From: Planctomycetota bacterium
GTDB taxonomy: Bacteria > Planctomycetota > MHYJ01 > WSZJ01
Assembly (NCBI GenBank): GCA_038060895.1
Contig: JBBTCT010000031.1
Span: forward strand, 52,486 to 116,485
DNA: 64,000 nucleotides
Direction of reading: 5' to 3'
The stretch's first letter is position 1. Each line of letters begins with the position of its first letter. A program made the translations under genes and the position numbers. The notes beneath the pieces are model-generated. The model searched no databases, had not been told where the DNA came from, and saw only the letters and a list, made by a program, of their open reading frames with translations. Positions 9,658 to 18,815 of the stretch are shown here, piece after piece.

Positions 9658-11208
9658 TTGCAACTCGGCGTCGTCGAAAACCTGTCCTACCTCACCCCGG
9701 AGATCATCCTCACGGTCACCCTGGGCGCGGTCATCGTCCTCGATCTCGGGGGGCCGAAGGACAAGAAGGGCCTCGTCGCGCGCCTCGCGGCGACCGGCCT
9801 CGGCGCGACATTGCTCATGGTGATCCTGACGTACTTCGAGCTCGAGTCGAAGCAGCGCTCGCGGGTCTTCCTCTTCGCCGACTCCTTCGTCGTCGATCCG
9901 TTCTCCATGTACTTCAAGCTCGTCGCCGGCGTCTGCGCGTTCATGATCGCGATGTTCGCAGCCAAGGTGCGCCGGATCGAGGCGCACGGGGAAGGAGAGT
10001 TCTATCCGCTGCTGCTCGTCACGACGCTGGGCATTTTCCTCATGGCCGGCGTCACCGACCTGGTCGGCATGGTCGTCGCCATCGAGACCCTCTCGATCCC
10101 GTCCTACATCCTCGCCGGCTTCTACAAGCGCGACCGCGGCTCGAGCGAGGCCTCCCTCAAGTACGTCCTCTACGGCGCAACCGCCTCCGGCTCCATGCTC
10201 TTCGGCCTCTCCTTCCTCTACGGCCTGGCCGGCACCACGTCGTTCCAGGGGATCGCGACGGCGATGGGAAGCGGCCGCGCGGATATCCTCTCGATCAGCC
10301 TGATGCTGGGCCTCGTCCTCATCGGCGTCGGCTTCAAGATTTCGGCCGCGCCGTTCCACATGTGGACGCCCGATGTGTACGAAGGCTCGCCGACGGTCGT
10401 CACGGCCTTCCTGTCCACGGCATCCAAGGCCGGCGGCTTCGCGATCCTCATCCGCCTCTTCTATTCGATCCTCGCGCGCCCCGAGGTCGCAGGCCAGCCC
10501 GCCGGGCAATGGATCCCCATCGGCGACCCCGGGTGGACCAGCATGGTCGCCGTCATCGCCGTCGTCACCATGACCATCGGCAACCTCGCGGCGTACAAGC
10601 AGACGAACGTGAAGCGCCTGCTCGCGTACTCCTCGATCGCGCACGCGGGGTACCTGCTGCTCGGCTTCGTCGTGATGCATGGCTCCGGGCTCATGGCGAT
10701 GCTCTTCTACATCGGCACCTACGTCTTCATGAACCTCGGCGCCTTCCTCTGCGTCATCGCCGTCTCGGAGAACGGCGGCGGCGAAGAAATCTCGGACTAC
10801 CGCGGCCTCGGCTGGCGCTCGCCCTTCCTCGCAATGTGCATGGCCGCATTCCTCTTCTCCCTCACCGGCCTCCCGCCGCTCGCCGGCTTCGTCGGCAAGG
10901 TCTACCTCTTTGCCGCCCTCGTCGAGCACGGCTGGGTCTGGCTTGCGGTCGTCGCCGCGCTCAACAGCGCCGTGTCGCTGTACTACTACGTGCGAGTCGT
11001 GAAAGCGATGTACCTCGAAGGCATCCCGCGCCGCGAGGGCGACGTCGTCCCGCTGCGCATCGGGTCGCACTTCGGCATCATGCTTTTCCTCTGCCTCCTG
11101 CCCACGGTTATTTTCGGCATCTACTGGGAGCCGCTGGCGAAGCTGGCCACGTGGAGCGTGGGTGCCAGCGCGCCGGTGGAAGCGCGCCCGGCCGCGGCGC
11201 ACAAGTAG
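9658..11208 (+). CDS. nuoN: NADH-quinone oxidoreductase subunit N
   Basis: 'EASLKYVLYGA', 'FKISAAPFHMWTPDVYEGSPT', 'KRLLAYSSIAHAGY'; TTG start. Confidence 0.96.
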   Translation: MQLGVVENLSYLTPEIILTVTLGAVIVLDLGGPKDKKGLVARLAATGLGATLLMVILTYFELESKQRSRVFLFADSFVVDPFSMYFKLVAGVCAFMIAMFAAKVRRIEAHGEGEFYPLLLVTTLGIFLMAGVTDLVGMVVAIETLSIPSYILAGFYKRDRGSSEASLKYVLYGATASGSMLFGLSFLYGLAGTTSFQGIATAMGSGRADILSISLMLGLVLIGVGFKISAAPFHMWTPDVYEGSPTVVTAFLSTASKAGGFAILIRLFYSILARPEVAGQPAGQWIPIGDPGWTSMVAVIAVVTMTIGNLAAYKQTNVKRLLAYSSIAHAGYLLLGFVVMHGSGLMAMLFYIGTYVFMNLGAFLCVIAVSENGGGEEISDYRGLGWRSPFLAMCMAAFLFSLTGLPPLAGFVGKVYLFAALVEHGWVWLAVVAALNSAVSLYYYVRVVKAMYLEGIPRREGDVVPLRIGSHFGIMLFLCLLPTVIFGIYWEPLAKLATWSVGASAPVEARPAAAHK

Positions 11209-11214
11209 TCCGGC

Positions 11215-12108
11215 ATGAAGATCCGCATCATCGGCGTTCCGATGGACCTCGGCGGGGACCGTCGCGGCGTCGACATGGGTCCGTCGGCGATCCGGTATGC
11301 GAATCTCGAGGAAGGCCTCGAGAAAATCGGGCACAAGGTGGAGGACACGGGGGACATTCCCGTGCCGATTCCCGAGAGCCGGATCATCAAGGACCCGACG
11401 GCGAAGTATCTGCCGGAGATCGTGAAGGCGAACAAGCTGCTCGCGGACGCGGTGGCGAAAGCGTTGCGCGAGGGGTATTTCCCGATCGTGCTGGGCGGGG
11501 ACCATTCGATCGCGATCGGCTCGCTCTGGGGCGTGACGCGCGTGCGCAAGAACGTCGGCGTGCTCTGGATGGACGCGCACGGCGACTTCAACACTCCAGA
11601 GACGAGTCCCAGCGGGAACATCCACGGGATGCCGATGGCCTCGGCGCTCGGCCGCGGGCGCGATTCCCTCGTGAAGAATGAGGACCCCGCAAGCCGGATT
11701 CTCGCGCAGCACGTCGTCCAGATCGGCATCCGCGACCTCGACCCGCTCGAAAAGCGCGCGATCCGGGCGAGCGGCATCCACGTGTTCACGATGCACGAGG
11801 TGGACCGATATGGAATGCCCGCCGTTATCGAGAAAGCCATGGCACATTTCGCGGGGTGCGATCACATCCACCTGAGCTTCGACATGGACGTGATCGACCC
11901 GGACGAAGCGCCCGGGGTCGGGACGCCGGTGCCGGGAGGCATCACGGCGCGCGAAGCGCACCTCGCGCTGGAAATGGTCGCGGAGACGCACCGGATCAGC
12001 TCGATGGACCTGGTGGAGGTGAACCCGATTCTGGATGAGAGAAACCGGACGGCGGTGCTCGCCACGGAGCTCATCGAGTCCGCGCTCGGGCGGAGAATTC
12101 TGGAATAG
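11215..12108 (+). CDS. rocF: Arginase
   Basis: 'GVDMGPSAIR', 'LGGDHS', 'WMDAHGDFNTPETSPSGNIHGMP', 'SFDMDVIDP', 'EVNPILD'. Confidence 0.95.
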   Translation: MKIRIIGVPMDLGGDRRGVDMGPSAIRYANLEEGLEKIGHKVEDTGDIPVPIPESRIIKDPTAKYLPEIVKANKLLADAVAKALREGYFPIVLGGDHSIAIGSLWGVTRVRKNVGVLWMDAHGDFNTPETSPSGNIHGMPMASALGRGRDSLVKNEDPASRILAQHVVQIGIRDLDPLEKRAIRASGIHVFTMHEVDRYGMPAVIEKAMAHFAGCDHIHLSFDMDVIDPDEAPGVGTPVPGGITAREAHLALEMVAETHRISSMDLVEVNPILDERNRTAVLATELIESALGRRILE

Positions 12109-12137
12109 ATCCTTCGCTCGGTTGAAAAACGACCTGA

Positions 12138-12165
12138 GCCGCAGAGGACGCAGAGGGCACAGAGA
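12138..12165 (+). repeat. Short 9-mer tandem array (cgcagagga/cgcagaggg/cacagaga)
   Basis: gccgcagaggacgcagagggcacagaga, intergenic after arginase. Confidence 0.5.
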
Positions 12166-12308
12166 AATGTGAGATTCAATTTGGTGCTTCTTTGCCCGTC
12201 GGCGATTGGTGAGACGGCGCGACTCGGCACAAATCGACACGCCGGCCCTCAATTGTCCACTCCGTTTTAGTTGTCCGGTCGTGGGGCTTTCGCGCGACAA
12301 TCCCCCCC

Positions 12309-12845
12309 GTGACCGAGCCAGACCCCGAAGTCGCTTTCGCCGCCATCGAGATCGACGCGCAATTCGCGCTCGACCGCCCCTGGCTGTCCGCGCCTCCCGT
12401 CGCCGCGCGCCCCCTCGTTACGATCGGCATCTTCCCCGCGTTCGGCGCCCACCGCGCCTGGTCCGTCTTCGACACCCCCGGCCCCTCCGTCCTCGTCCGC
12501 GAAATCGCCTGGGACCGCGTCTCCGACCTCGCCGCCTTCGCCGAACCCTTCCCCGGCCGCGTCCTCCCCCGCCCCACGAAGCCTACGCTCGTCCTCCGCG
12601 ACATCCACACCCCCCGAGCGACGCTCGCCGAATTCCTCGCCTCCGTCGAGTCCCTCCCCCTCCCCGCCGAAACACCGCCCTGGTCCCCCACCGCCAGCGA
12701 AGTCTCCTTCGTCCGCCTCGACGCCCGCCCCGGCGCCCCGCGCTTCGTCTGGACCTGGGACCTCCCGCCTGGATGGGAAACTCTCCTCACGTGGTTTGCC
12801 GAAGCGATCCGAACGCTGGAGCACGTGATGACCGAAAGCCGGTGA
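12309..12845 (+). CDS. Hypothetical protein
   Basis: 178-aa ORF with GC3-biased codons; GACAAT 7 nt upstream of the GTG. Confidence 0.55.
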   Translation: MTEPDPEVAFAAIEIDAQFALDRPWLSAPPVAARPLVTIGIFPAFGAHRAWSVFDTPGPSVLVREIAWDRVSDLAAFAEPFPGRVLPRPTKPTLVLRDIHTPRATLAEFLASVESLPLPAETPPWSPTASEVSFVRLDARPGAPRFVWTWDLPPGWETLLTWFAEAIRTLEHVMTESR

Positions 12846-12879
12846 TCGTCGCTGCCTGCGCGGTGGCATAATTGGCGGC

Positions 12880-14103
12880 GTGAAGCAGCGCCTCTTCCAT
12901 CTCCTCCCTTTCGCGCCTGCAGTTCTCGGTGCTGTCGCGCTCTTCGTCCTCGTGGGACTCTCGAAGCAGCCTTGGCAGGGACCCGGACTGCCCGTGCCAG
13001 CACCGCCCTGCCCGGTGGCCGAGATCGTTCCTCCGCCGCCAGCCCGCTTCGAGGATTCGAGTCCCTTCGAGTACGTCAACGGGCTCCACCCGCGCGTCGC
13101 CCTCCACCTCTGGGATCGCCTCCCTACAGAACTGTGGGCGTCCAGACTGATGCGCGCCGAGCGGCAGATGTGGAAGATGCTGGAAGCTGAAACGCCGGAT
13201 CCTGAGGCCCGGACACTCCGGGAACTCGTCAGCTCATTCTCGAGAAAGAGCGGCTGGGCGCTGTGCCTGGATGAAGCCTTACGGGAGGATGTGCCGCTTC
13301 GCGCCGCCAATGCGGGCGAAAGCCTCGCAGGTTTGCTGCGCAGGACTGCTGATTCCGCGGGACTCTACGTTGTTCCGTCCGAACCGGAATACAGCGGTCT
13401 CTTGACCCGTAACCCGCGGCTGGCCGGCTGGCCACGGACCTGGCCACTCGTGCGCGTCCTGAAGGCGCTGCGTGGCGAAGTGCCGGATGCCACGGAACGC
13501 GCCTGGCTGGCGCTCGAAGGTCCGCCTCCGACAACTCCCTCAGGGGACGTCGACGTGCGAACGATCGAGAACTGGCTCGCTTCGGCCACGGGACTGACGA
13601 CCGAATTTTCGGAAGAAGCGCGCCCGCGGATCGAGAGTGCGCCCGCCCTCCGTGTGCCGTCTCCGGACGAAGGCGACACGATCGAATCCTGCGCGCGCGT
13701 CGCTCTCGTCCGCGCCGGTCTCGATGTGGCCGCGCGCGCGGGATCGGTGCTGATCTGCAGGAGGGGGGAGGCCGACGCACTGGCCGCCGGCCGATTTCTG
13801 ACGCGCGAGTGGACCCAGCGGGAGTGGAAGGAAGGAGAGGCGCTTCTTGCGACACTCGACCCGAGAATCGTGGTCATTGGCGGAATTCAGTGCAGGCCGG
13901 CCGTCCTGATCACGCGAATCGCCGACGCCTGCACGCTGGAGATCGCGATCGACGACATCACCTGGGACGACCCGACTCTCATCGCGCTTCCCAAAGGCGA
14001 ATACACAATCCGCGAGCTCCGTGAGCAGCTCTGGGTCAGCGCGAGTGTGCGCATGCACGCGCTCAAGGGTCGACTGTGGTTCGTGGAGCCTGAGCCAAGG
14101 TAG
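12880..14103 (+). CDS. Membrane-anchored hypothetical protein with repeated secretin-N/STN-like segments
   Basis: N-terminal TM; repeated 'TLRELVSSFSRKSGWALCLD...SLAGLLRR...AGL' type units; CATAAT -10 box 7 nt upstream. Confidence 0.55.
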   Translation: MKQRLFHLLPFAPAVLGAVALFVLVGLSKQPWQGPGLPVPAPPCPVAEIVPPPPARFEDSSPFEYVNGLHPRVALHLWDRLPTELWASRLMRAERQMWKMLEAETPDPEARTLRELVSSFSRKSGWALCLDEALREDVPLRAANAGESLAGLLRRTADSAGLYVVPSEPEYSGLLTRNPRLAGWPRTWPLVRVLKALRGEVPDATERAWLALEGPPPTTPSGDVDVRTIENWLASATGLTTEFSEEARPRIESAPALRVPSPDEGDTIESCARVALVRAGLDVAARAGSVLICRRGEADALAAGRFLTREWTQREWKEGEALLATLDPRIVVIGGIQCRPAVLITRIADACTLEIAIDDITWDDPTLIALPKGEYTIRELREQLWVSASVRMHALKGRLWFVEPEPR

Positions 14104-14115
14104 GGCTCGGCTTCG

Positions 14116-15351
14116 CTATTCGCTGACCTCGTTCGCAAGCATCTGCTCGAACGTCTGCCGCTTCCGCACGAGACGCAGCGCGCCGTTCTCGTGCATGACC
14201 TCGGGGGCCTGCGGGTACGAGTTGTAGTTGAGGGTGCACATCGCGGCGCAGTAGGCGCCGGCGCCGCCGACGACGACGAGGTCGCCGGTTTTCGGGCGGG
14301 GGACGTCGCGCGGGGCCAGGGCCTCGGGGTCGGACGGCGCGGGGGTCAGGATGTCGCCGGACTCGCAGCAGGGGCCGACGAAGACGACCTTGGTCGAAGT
14401 GCGTTCTTCGGTGGTCAGGACGTCGATGGGGTGCTGCGCGCCGTAGAGCGACGGGCGCGTGACCTCGTTCATGCCGGTGTCGAGCTTCGCGAAAACGTAG
14501 CCGTCCTTGCCGGTGTCCACGACGTCGATGACGCTGGCGACGACGCATCCCGCGTTCGCGACGAGAGCGGTGCCGGGCTCGATCTCGAGGTGAAGAGCCC
14601 TTCCGGTGCGCTGTTTGAATTCCATGAATTCCTGGCGCACGTTTTCGCCGATGTCCTGCAGGTCGGTGGACTTCTCGCTGGGCATGCGGGCGACCTTGAA
14701 GCCGCCGCCGAGGTTCAGCACGTTGACGTCGGGAAGCTGCCCGGCGATCCCGAGGCTCATGCGCGCGACGCGCTTCCAGACGACGGGGTCGGTGCCGCTG
14801 CCGATGTGGGAGTGAAGGCGCGTGATCTTCACGCCGTGCTTCGCGGCCAGTTCGCGCGCTTCGGCGAGCCGCTCGTGCCAGATCCCGAAACTCGACCCGG
14901 GCCCGCCGACGTTGGTGCGGTTCGTGGAGCCGCTTCCGAGGCCGGCGTTGATCCGGATCGAGACTTCGCGGCCGGGGAAGGCCTTGCCGAAGTTCTCGAG
15001 CTGGAGCAGTGAGCACGCGTTGTAGAGCACGCCGCGCTCGACGTGCGCGGCGAGGTTCTTCGACGGCGCCTGGCTGGTGAGCTGGATCTTGCCGGGGGCG
15101 AAACCGGCCCGGAGGGCGCGCTCGACTTCGTGGTCCGACGAAGCGTCGATATGGAGGCCGAGGTCGAGGAAGAGCTTAAGGATGGCGTGATTCGGGTTCG
15201 ACTTCATCGCGAAGCGCAGCGTGAACCCGAATGCGTTGGGGAAGGCGAGCGCGTTGCGCGCGGAGGCTTCGAGCGTGGAGCGGTCGTAGACGTAGCAGGG
15301 GGTGCCGAAGCGTTCGCGGGCCTGCGTTGCTGTGGCTTGGGTCAGGAACAT
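14116..15351 (-). CDS. lysA: Diaminopimelate decarboxylase
   Basis: 'FGTPCYVYD', PLP lysine 'FAMKSNP', 'HSHIGSG', 'NLGGGF', 'EIEPG', 'GPCCESGD', 'GAGAYCAAM'; start ATG 15351. Confidence 0.95.
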   Translation of the reverse strand: MFLTQATATQARERFGTPCYVYDRSTLEASARNALAFPNAFGFTLRFAMKSNPNHAILKLFLDLGLHIDASSDHEVERALRAGFAPGKIQLTSQAPSKNLAAHVERGVLYNACSLLQLENFGKAFPGREVSIRINAGLGSGSTNRTNVGGPGSSFGIWHERLAEARELAAKHGVKITRLHSHIGSGTDPVVWKRVARMSLGIAGQLPDVNVLNLGGGFKVARMPSEKSTDLQDIGENVRQEFMEFKQRTGRALHLEIEPGTALVANAGCVVASVIDVVDTGKDGYVFAKLDTGMNEVTRPSLYGAQHPIDVLTTEERTSTKVVFVGPCCESGDILTPAPSDPEALAPRDVPRPKTGDLVVVGGAGAYCAAMCTLNYNSYPQAPEVMHENGALRLVRKRQTFEQMLANEVSE

Positions 15352-15382
15352 GGGGCGCGGATTGTACGCGACGAGTTGCGAG

Positions 15383-15853
15383 TTAATCCTTCTTCGGAGG
15401 CGGCGGGGTGAGGAGGGCCTTGAAGCGCGCGTTGGCCGCGAGCGGGGCGAAGTCGGCGTCCTCGGCGGCGATTTCGCGGTACTCGGCGTTCGCTTCGATG
15501 GCCGTGCCCAGGTCGCGGATCCCCTCCTCGGCCTTGCCGCAGCGGCAGCAGGCGATGGCGCGGTTGTACCGGACGTACTTGGCGTTCGCGTCGGTCTTGA
15601 GCGCCCTGTCGCAGGTCGCGAGGGCGTCCTCATTGCGGCCGGCGAGGAGCTGGAAGCCGGCGAGCATGTCGAGGGCCTTGGCGTCCTTGGCCCAGGAATT
15701 CAAGTGGCGCTCAAGCAGCGAGATCGCCTGGTTGACGTTTCCCTGCATCCCGACCGCCTGCGCGCTGCGGCGGGAGGCGTTCTGGTCGTCCGGTTTCTTC
15801 GCCAGCGCGGTCGCGGCCTGCTTCTCGATGACCTGCCAGTCCCAGACGCTCAT
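15383..15853 (-). CDS. TPR protein
   Basis: TPR helices ending 'YNRAIACCRCG...EDADFAPL', a TPR end-of-group-like terminus. Confidence 0.8.
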   Translation of the reverse strand: MSVWDWQVIEKQAATALAKKPDDQNASRRSAQAVGMQGNVNQAISLLERHLNSWAKDAKALDMLAGFQLLAGRNEDALATCDRALKTDANAKYVRYNRAIACCRCGKAEEGIRDLGTAIEANAEYREIAAEDADFAPLAANARFKALLTPPPPKKD

Positions 15854-15897
15854 CGGGTTCCCTTTGTTGAAGTGAAGCGCGGAAGTCTACCTTTCCC

Positions 15898-16404
15898 CTA
15901 AGGGGGTGGCGACTTTTCCCACTTCTCCTGCGCGTTCTGCCGGAGCCAGTCGAGTGCATGACCGGGCCCGTAACCGTGGATCAGGACGTTGGGGTAGTAG
16001 CCAAACGGCGTGAAACTGAGCGCCCAGCGGCACTTCTTGATCACGGTCACGGTCCATCCATTCTTGAGTTCGATGTCCAGGTCGTAAACGAAAGGTCCGT
16101 AGAGCGTCGCGACGAAGATCCAGAGCACGAACCCCTTCACCTGCGGCACCACCCGGACCTCGACGATGTCCTCGTAGCGGATCTTCAACGGTTCCTTGCC
16201 GCCCTCGACCGTGTTCCTGACGGAGATGCTGTCCTCCGTGACTTCCAGGATTTCCGGGTAGTGCCCGCGCAGCTTGTCGAGCGCTTCCTGCTTGTTCCAG
16301 TCTTCCCGGTCCGCGTGAAGCGCCCGGCAGCCTCCGAGGACGGGAAGCAGGGCCACGACCAGGACAGCGCGAAAGCGGAGCTCACGCCAGGCCGGAATTC
16401 GCAT
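15898..16404 (-). CDS. Hypothetical lipoprotein/membrane protein
   Basis: Lipobox 'VLGGC'; GGAG RBS upstream. Confidence 0.65.
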   Translation of the reverse strand: MRIPAWRELRFRAVLVVALLPVLGGCRALHADREDWNKQEALDKLRGHYPEILEVTEDSISVRNTVEGGKEPLKIRYEDIVEVRVVPQVKGFVLWIFVATLYGPFVYDLDIELKNGWTVTVIKKCRWALSFTPFGYYPNVLIHGYGPGHALDWLRQNAQEKWEKSPPP

Positions 16405-16449
16405 GGTTTCTCCTCCCCCGAGAAGAGCGTTGCGCGGGTCCCCCGCCGA

Positions 16450-17865
16450 TCACACCCAGCTGACGAATTCCTTCACCATCCTGCCGAAAACCTTCGCCGT
16501 GCGGAGACTCGTGAGCCGCCCGAGATGGTTCCCGATCATCGATGGCCGCAGGTAGAACTTGCGATAGGCCTTCGACCGCGCCGCTTCCACGTCCTCGCTC
16601 GACAACCCGGGGACGTTCAGCGCGCTCTGGTTCTGCTCATATTTGCGGTAATCGTCCGTCGCGATCCAGCCTTCCTCCTGCGCCCAGTCGTACAGGTCGC
16701 AGCCGGGGAAGGGGACGGCGCAGTAGAACTGGGCGAAGTCGAGGCGGAGCGAGCGGACGAACTCGACGGTCTTGCCGATCGTCTCGCGCGTCTCGCCGGG
16801 AAAGCCGAGCATGCAGTGCGCCGCGGTCTCGAGACCGGCGTCCTTTGCCCAGCTGATTGCCTGGCGGATCTGCTCGACGGTGGTGCCCTTCTTCATCGCA
16901 TCGAGCATGTCCTGCACGCCGCTCTCGACGCCGAAGCCGATGATCTTGCAGCCGGCCTGCTTGAAGAGTCCCAGCAACTCAGGGTCAACGTCGTCCACGC
17001 GCGAGTTGCAGACCCACTCGATGTCCAGACCGCGGGCGATGATCTCGCGCGCGACGGCCTTGGCGCGCGGCGGGGAGAGCGTGAATCCCTCGCTCCAGAA
17101 GAGGAACTCGCGGATCCCGAACTGCTTCCCGTAGTACTCGAGCTCGTCCACCAGCGCCTTCGGCGTGCGGAGGCGCAGTTTCTTGCCGTAGTACGTGTGG
17201 TCTGCGCAGAAGACGCACGGGTGCGGGCATCCGCGGCCCGTCGCGACGAGCAGGAAGGGGTTCCCGGTGTACGGCATCAGGTAAAGGCGGTGCTGGATCA
17301 GGTCGTACGCCGGCCAGGGCAGCTCGTCGAGGTTCTCGACTGGCACCCGCTCGGGCGTCAGCATGATTTCGCCGTTGCGCATCAGCGCGAGGCCGGGAAT
17401 CCCTTCGATCGGCGTCTTGTCGGAGAACGCCTTCAGCAGCTCCTTCACCGTCAGCTCAGGCTCCCCGCGGATCACCGCGTCGAGCCGCTTCGCCCGGTCA
17501 AACGCGTCCTTCGGGATCGCCGTCGCATGGATGCCGATCACCGCCACGAACGCTCCCGGCCAGCCATTTTTCACTGCTTCGACCGTCGTCAGGTCGCTGT
17601 CGAAGCTCGGCGTCACCGCGTTCATGACCACCAGGTCAGGCTTCAACTCCGCCGCGCGCCGCGTCACATCGACGAAATCGAGGTCCTCGACGATGCAGTC
17701 GTTCAGGAACGCTTCGTGGCCTTCCGCACGCGCCATGGAAGCGCAGTACGCCATCGAAAGGGGCGTCCAGATCGTGGTCCAAGCGCCGCCGCGCTGCATG
17801 CAGCGGCCTTCGCGGACCTGCTTCACGCCGTGGTCGGCCGGCGGGTTGAGTGCCCAGACGCGCAT
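16450..17865 (-). CDS. Cobalamin-binding radical SAM protein
   Basis: N-terminal B12-binding domain ('GIHAT', 'IRGEPE'), CxxxCxxC 'RGCPHPCVFC', 'FGVESG', 'MLGFPGET'; RBS GGAG before ATG 17865. Confidence 0.92.
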   Translation of the reverse strand: MRVWALNPPADHGVKQVREGRCMQRGGAWTTIWTPLSMAYCASMARAEGHEAFLNDCIVEDLDFVDVTRRAAELKPDLVVMNAVTPSFDSDLTTVEAVKNGWPGAFVAVIGIHATAIPKDAFDRAKRLDAVIRGEPELTVKELLKAFSDKTPIEGIPGLALMRNGEIMLTPERVPVENLDELPWPAYDLIQHRLYLMPYTGNPFLLVATGRGCPHPCVFCADHTYYGKKLRLRTPKALVDELEYYGKQFGIREFLFWSEGFTLSPPRAKAVAREIIARGLDIEWVCNSRVDDVDPELLGLFKQAGCKIIGFGVESGVQDMLDAMKKGTTVEQIRQAISWAKDAGLETAAHCMLGFPGETRETIGKTVEFVRSLRLDFAQFYCAVPFPGCDLYDWAQEEGWIATDDYRKYEQNQSALNVPGLSSEDVEAARSKAYRKFYLRPSMIGNHLGRLTSLRTAKVFGRMVKEFVSWV

Positions 17866-17968
17866 GAGTTCTCCTCCGAGGCCCCCCCACGGGGTCGGAG
17901 GGCGCATCCTAGCAGTCTCGAAGGGGTGGGTCCACGGACAAAAGGCGCGGCGAAAGTCCGCCTTAAGA

Positions 17969-18022
17969 GGACAACTTCAAGACAGCGAACTCTCAAGCAA
18001 ACGGAGAACTTCAAAAGGCAAT
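17969..18022. repeat. Half copy of the AACTTCAA-rich intergenic element
   Basis: Shares GGACAACTTCAA, TCTCAAGCAAAC and AACTTCAAA with the 35455-35607 palindrome. Confidence 0.6.
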
Positions 18023-18033
18023 CTAAGGGCGTT

Positions 18034-18693
18034 CTACCCTTCCTGGCGTGTCCCCAGCCACTTCCCGAACCAGTCCCTTGCCAACCGGGAAGCTGCCTCA
18101 AGCGTGCCTTCCTCCTCGAATTCGTTCGTCGCCTTCGCCACGACTTCCATCCGGGCGGCCGAGAGCATTCGGTTCACGGCGGCCTCGTTCAGGTCGATGA
18201 TTGCCCAGTCGAAGCCGCCCACGACGAAAAGGACCGGCGCTGTCACGCCCCGGGCCGCATCGCCGGCGAATTCCGGGCGTCCGCCACACGAAACGACCGC
18301 GCGGACCGGGTTGCCGGGCTGCGAAGCGGCGACGAGGGCCGCGGAGGTGCCGGTTCCCCAGCCGAGGAGGGCGAGCGGGAGGCTGCCCAGATCCTTGTGT
18401 TCGCCCGCCCAGCCGATAATCGCCTGGAGGCGCCTCGCGGGTGCGGCCGCGCTGAACTTGTAGTCGGGCTCGGCGAGCTCCGCAGGTGTCAGAAGATCGT
18501 AGTCCAGCGTCGCCAGCCCCGCCTTCTGAAGCTCCGCCGCCACGAGACCGCTTCGGCCGTCCCCGCGGACCCCGCCCCTGCCGTGCGCGAATATGACGAC
18601 CCCGGCCGGGCGATCGGGCACCGTCAGGCTTGCCTCGATCGTTCGGCCTTCAACGGGAATTCGGACGGCAGTATCGCTGGACGTCGCGGGCAT
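18034..18693 (-). CDS. Dienelactone-hydrolase-like alpha/beta-fold protein, catalytic residues degenerate
   Basis: 'GVVIFAHG', 'VVSCGGRPE', 'APVLFVVGG', 'FEEEGTLE'; nucleophile site reads GWGTG and His site reads ATNEF. Confidence 0.8.
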   Translation of the reverse strand: MPATSSDTAVRIPVEGRTIEASLTVPDRPAGVVIFAHGRGGVRGDGRSGLVAAELQKAGLATLDYDLLTPAELAEPDYKFSAAAPARRLQAIIGWAGEHKDLGSLPLALLGWGTGTSAALVAASQPGNPVRAVVSCGGRPEFAGDAARGVTAPVLFVVGGFDWAIIDLNEAAVNRMLSAARMEVVAKATNEFEEEGTLEAASRLARDWFGKWLGTRQEG

Positions 18694-18729
18694 CGTGGCG
18701 GCTCCGGAGGGGGACGGATGTCGCTTTGC

Positions 18730-18745
18730 TGCAAGGGGAATGCCC
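18730..18745 (-). promoter_or_regulatory. Putative sigma-54 (-24/-12) promoter
   Basis: Minus strand GGGCATTCCCCTTGCA = GG-N10-GC, about 37 nt upstream of ATG 18693. Confidence 0.6.
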
Positions 18746-18815
18746 ACGCATCCCCACGCGATCCGGCGCAATTAAGTGAAGAATTCCCCACACACGGCGG
18801 CAAATTCCGCAGCCG

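Noticed and set aside
12250-12292. ttgtccactccgttttagttgtccggtcgtggggctt, resembling an IS3-type end
   Set aside because: No transposase, partner IR or target duplication visible
7597-12300. 1567-aa minus-strand ORF and similar long antisense ORFs (5068-7593, 15958-18834, 20962-22782, 27484-30474)
   Set aside because: Shadow frames opposite well-supported genes, expected in high-GC3 DNA; Arg/His/Asp-rich with no motifs
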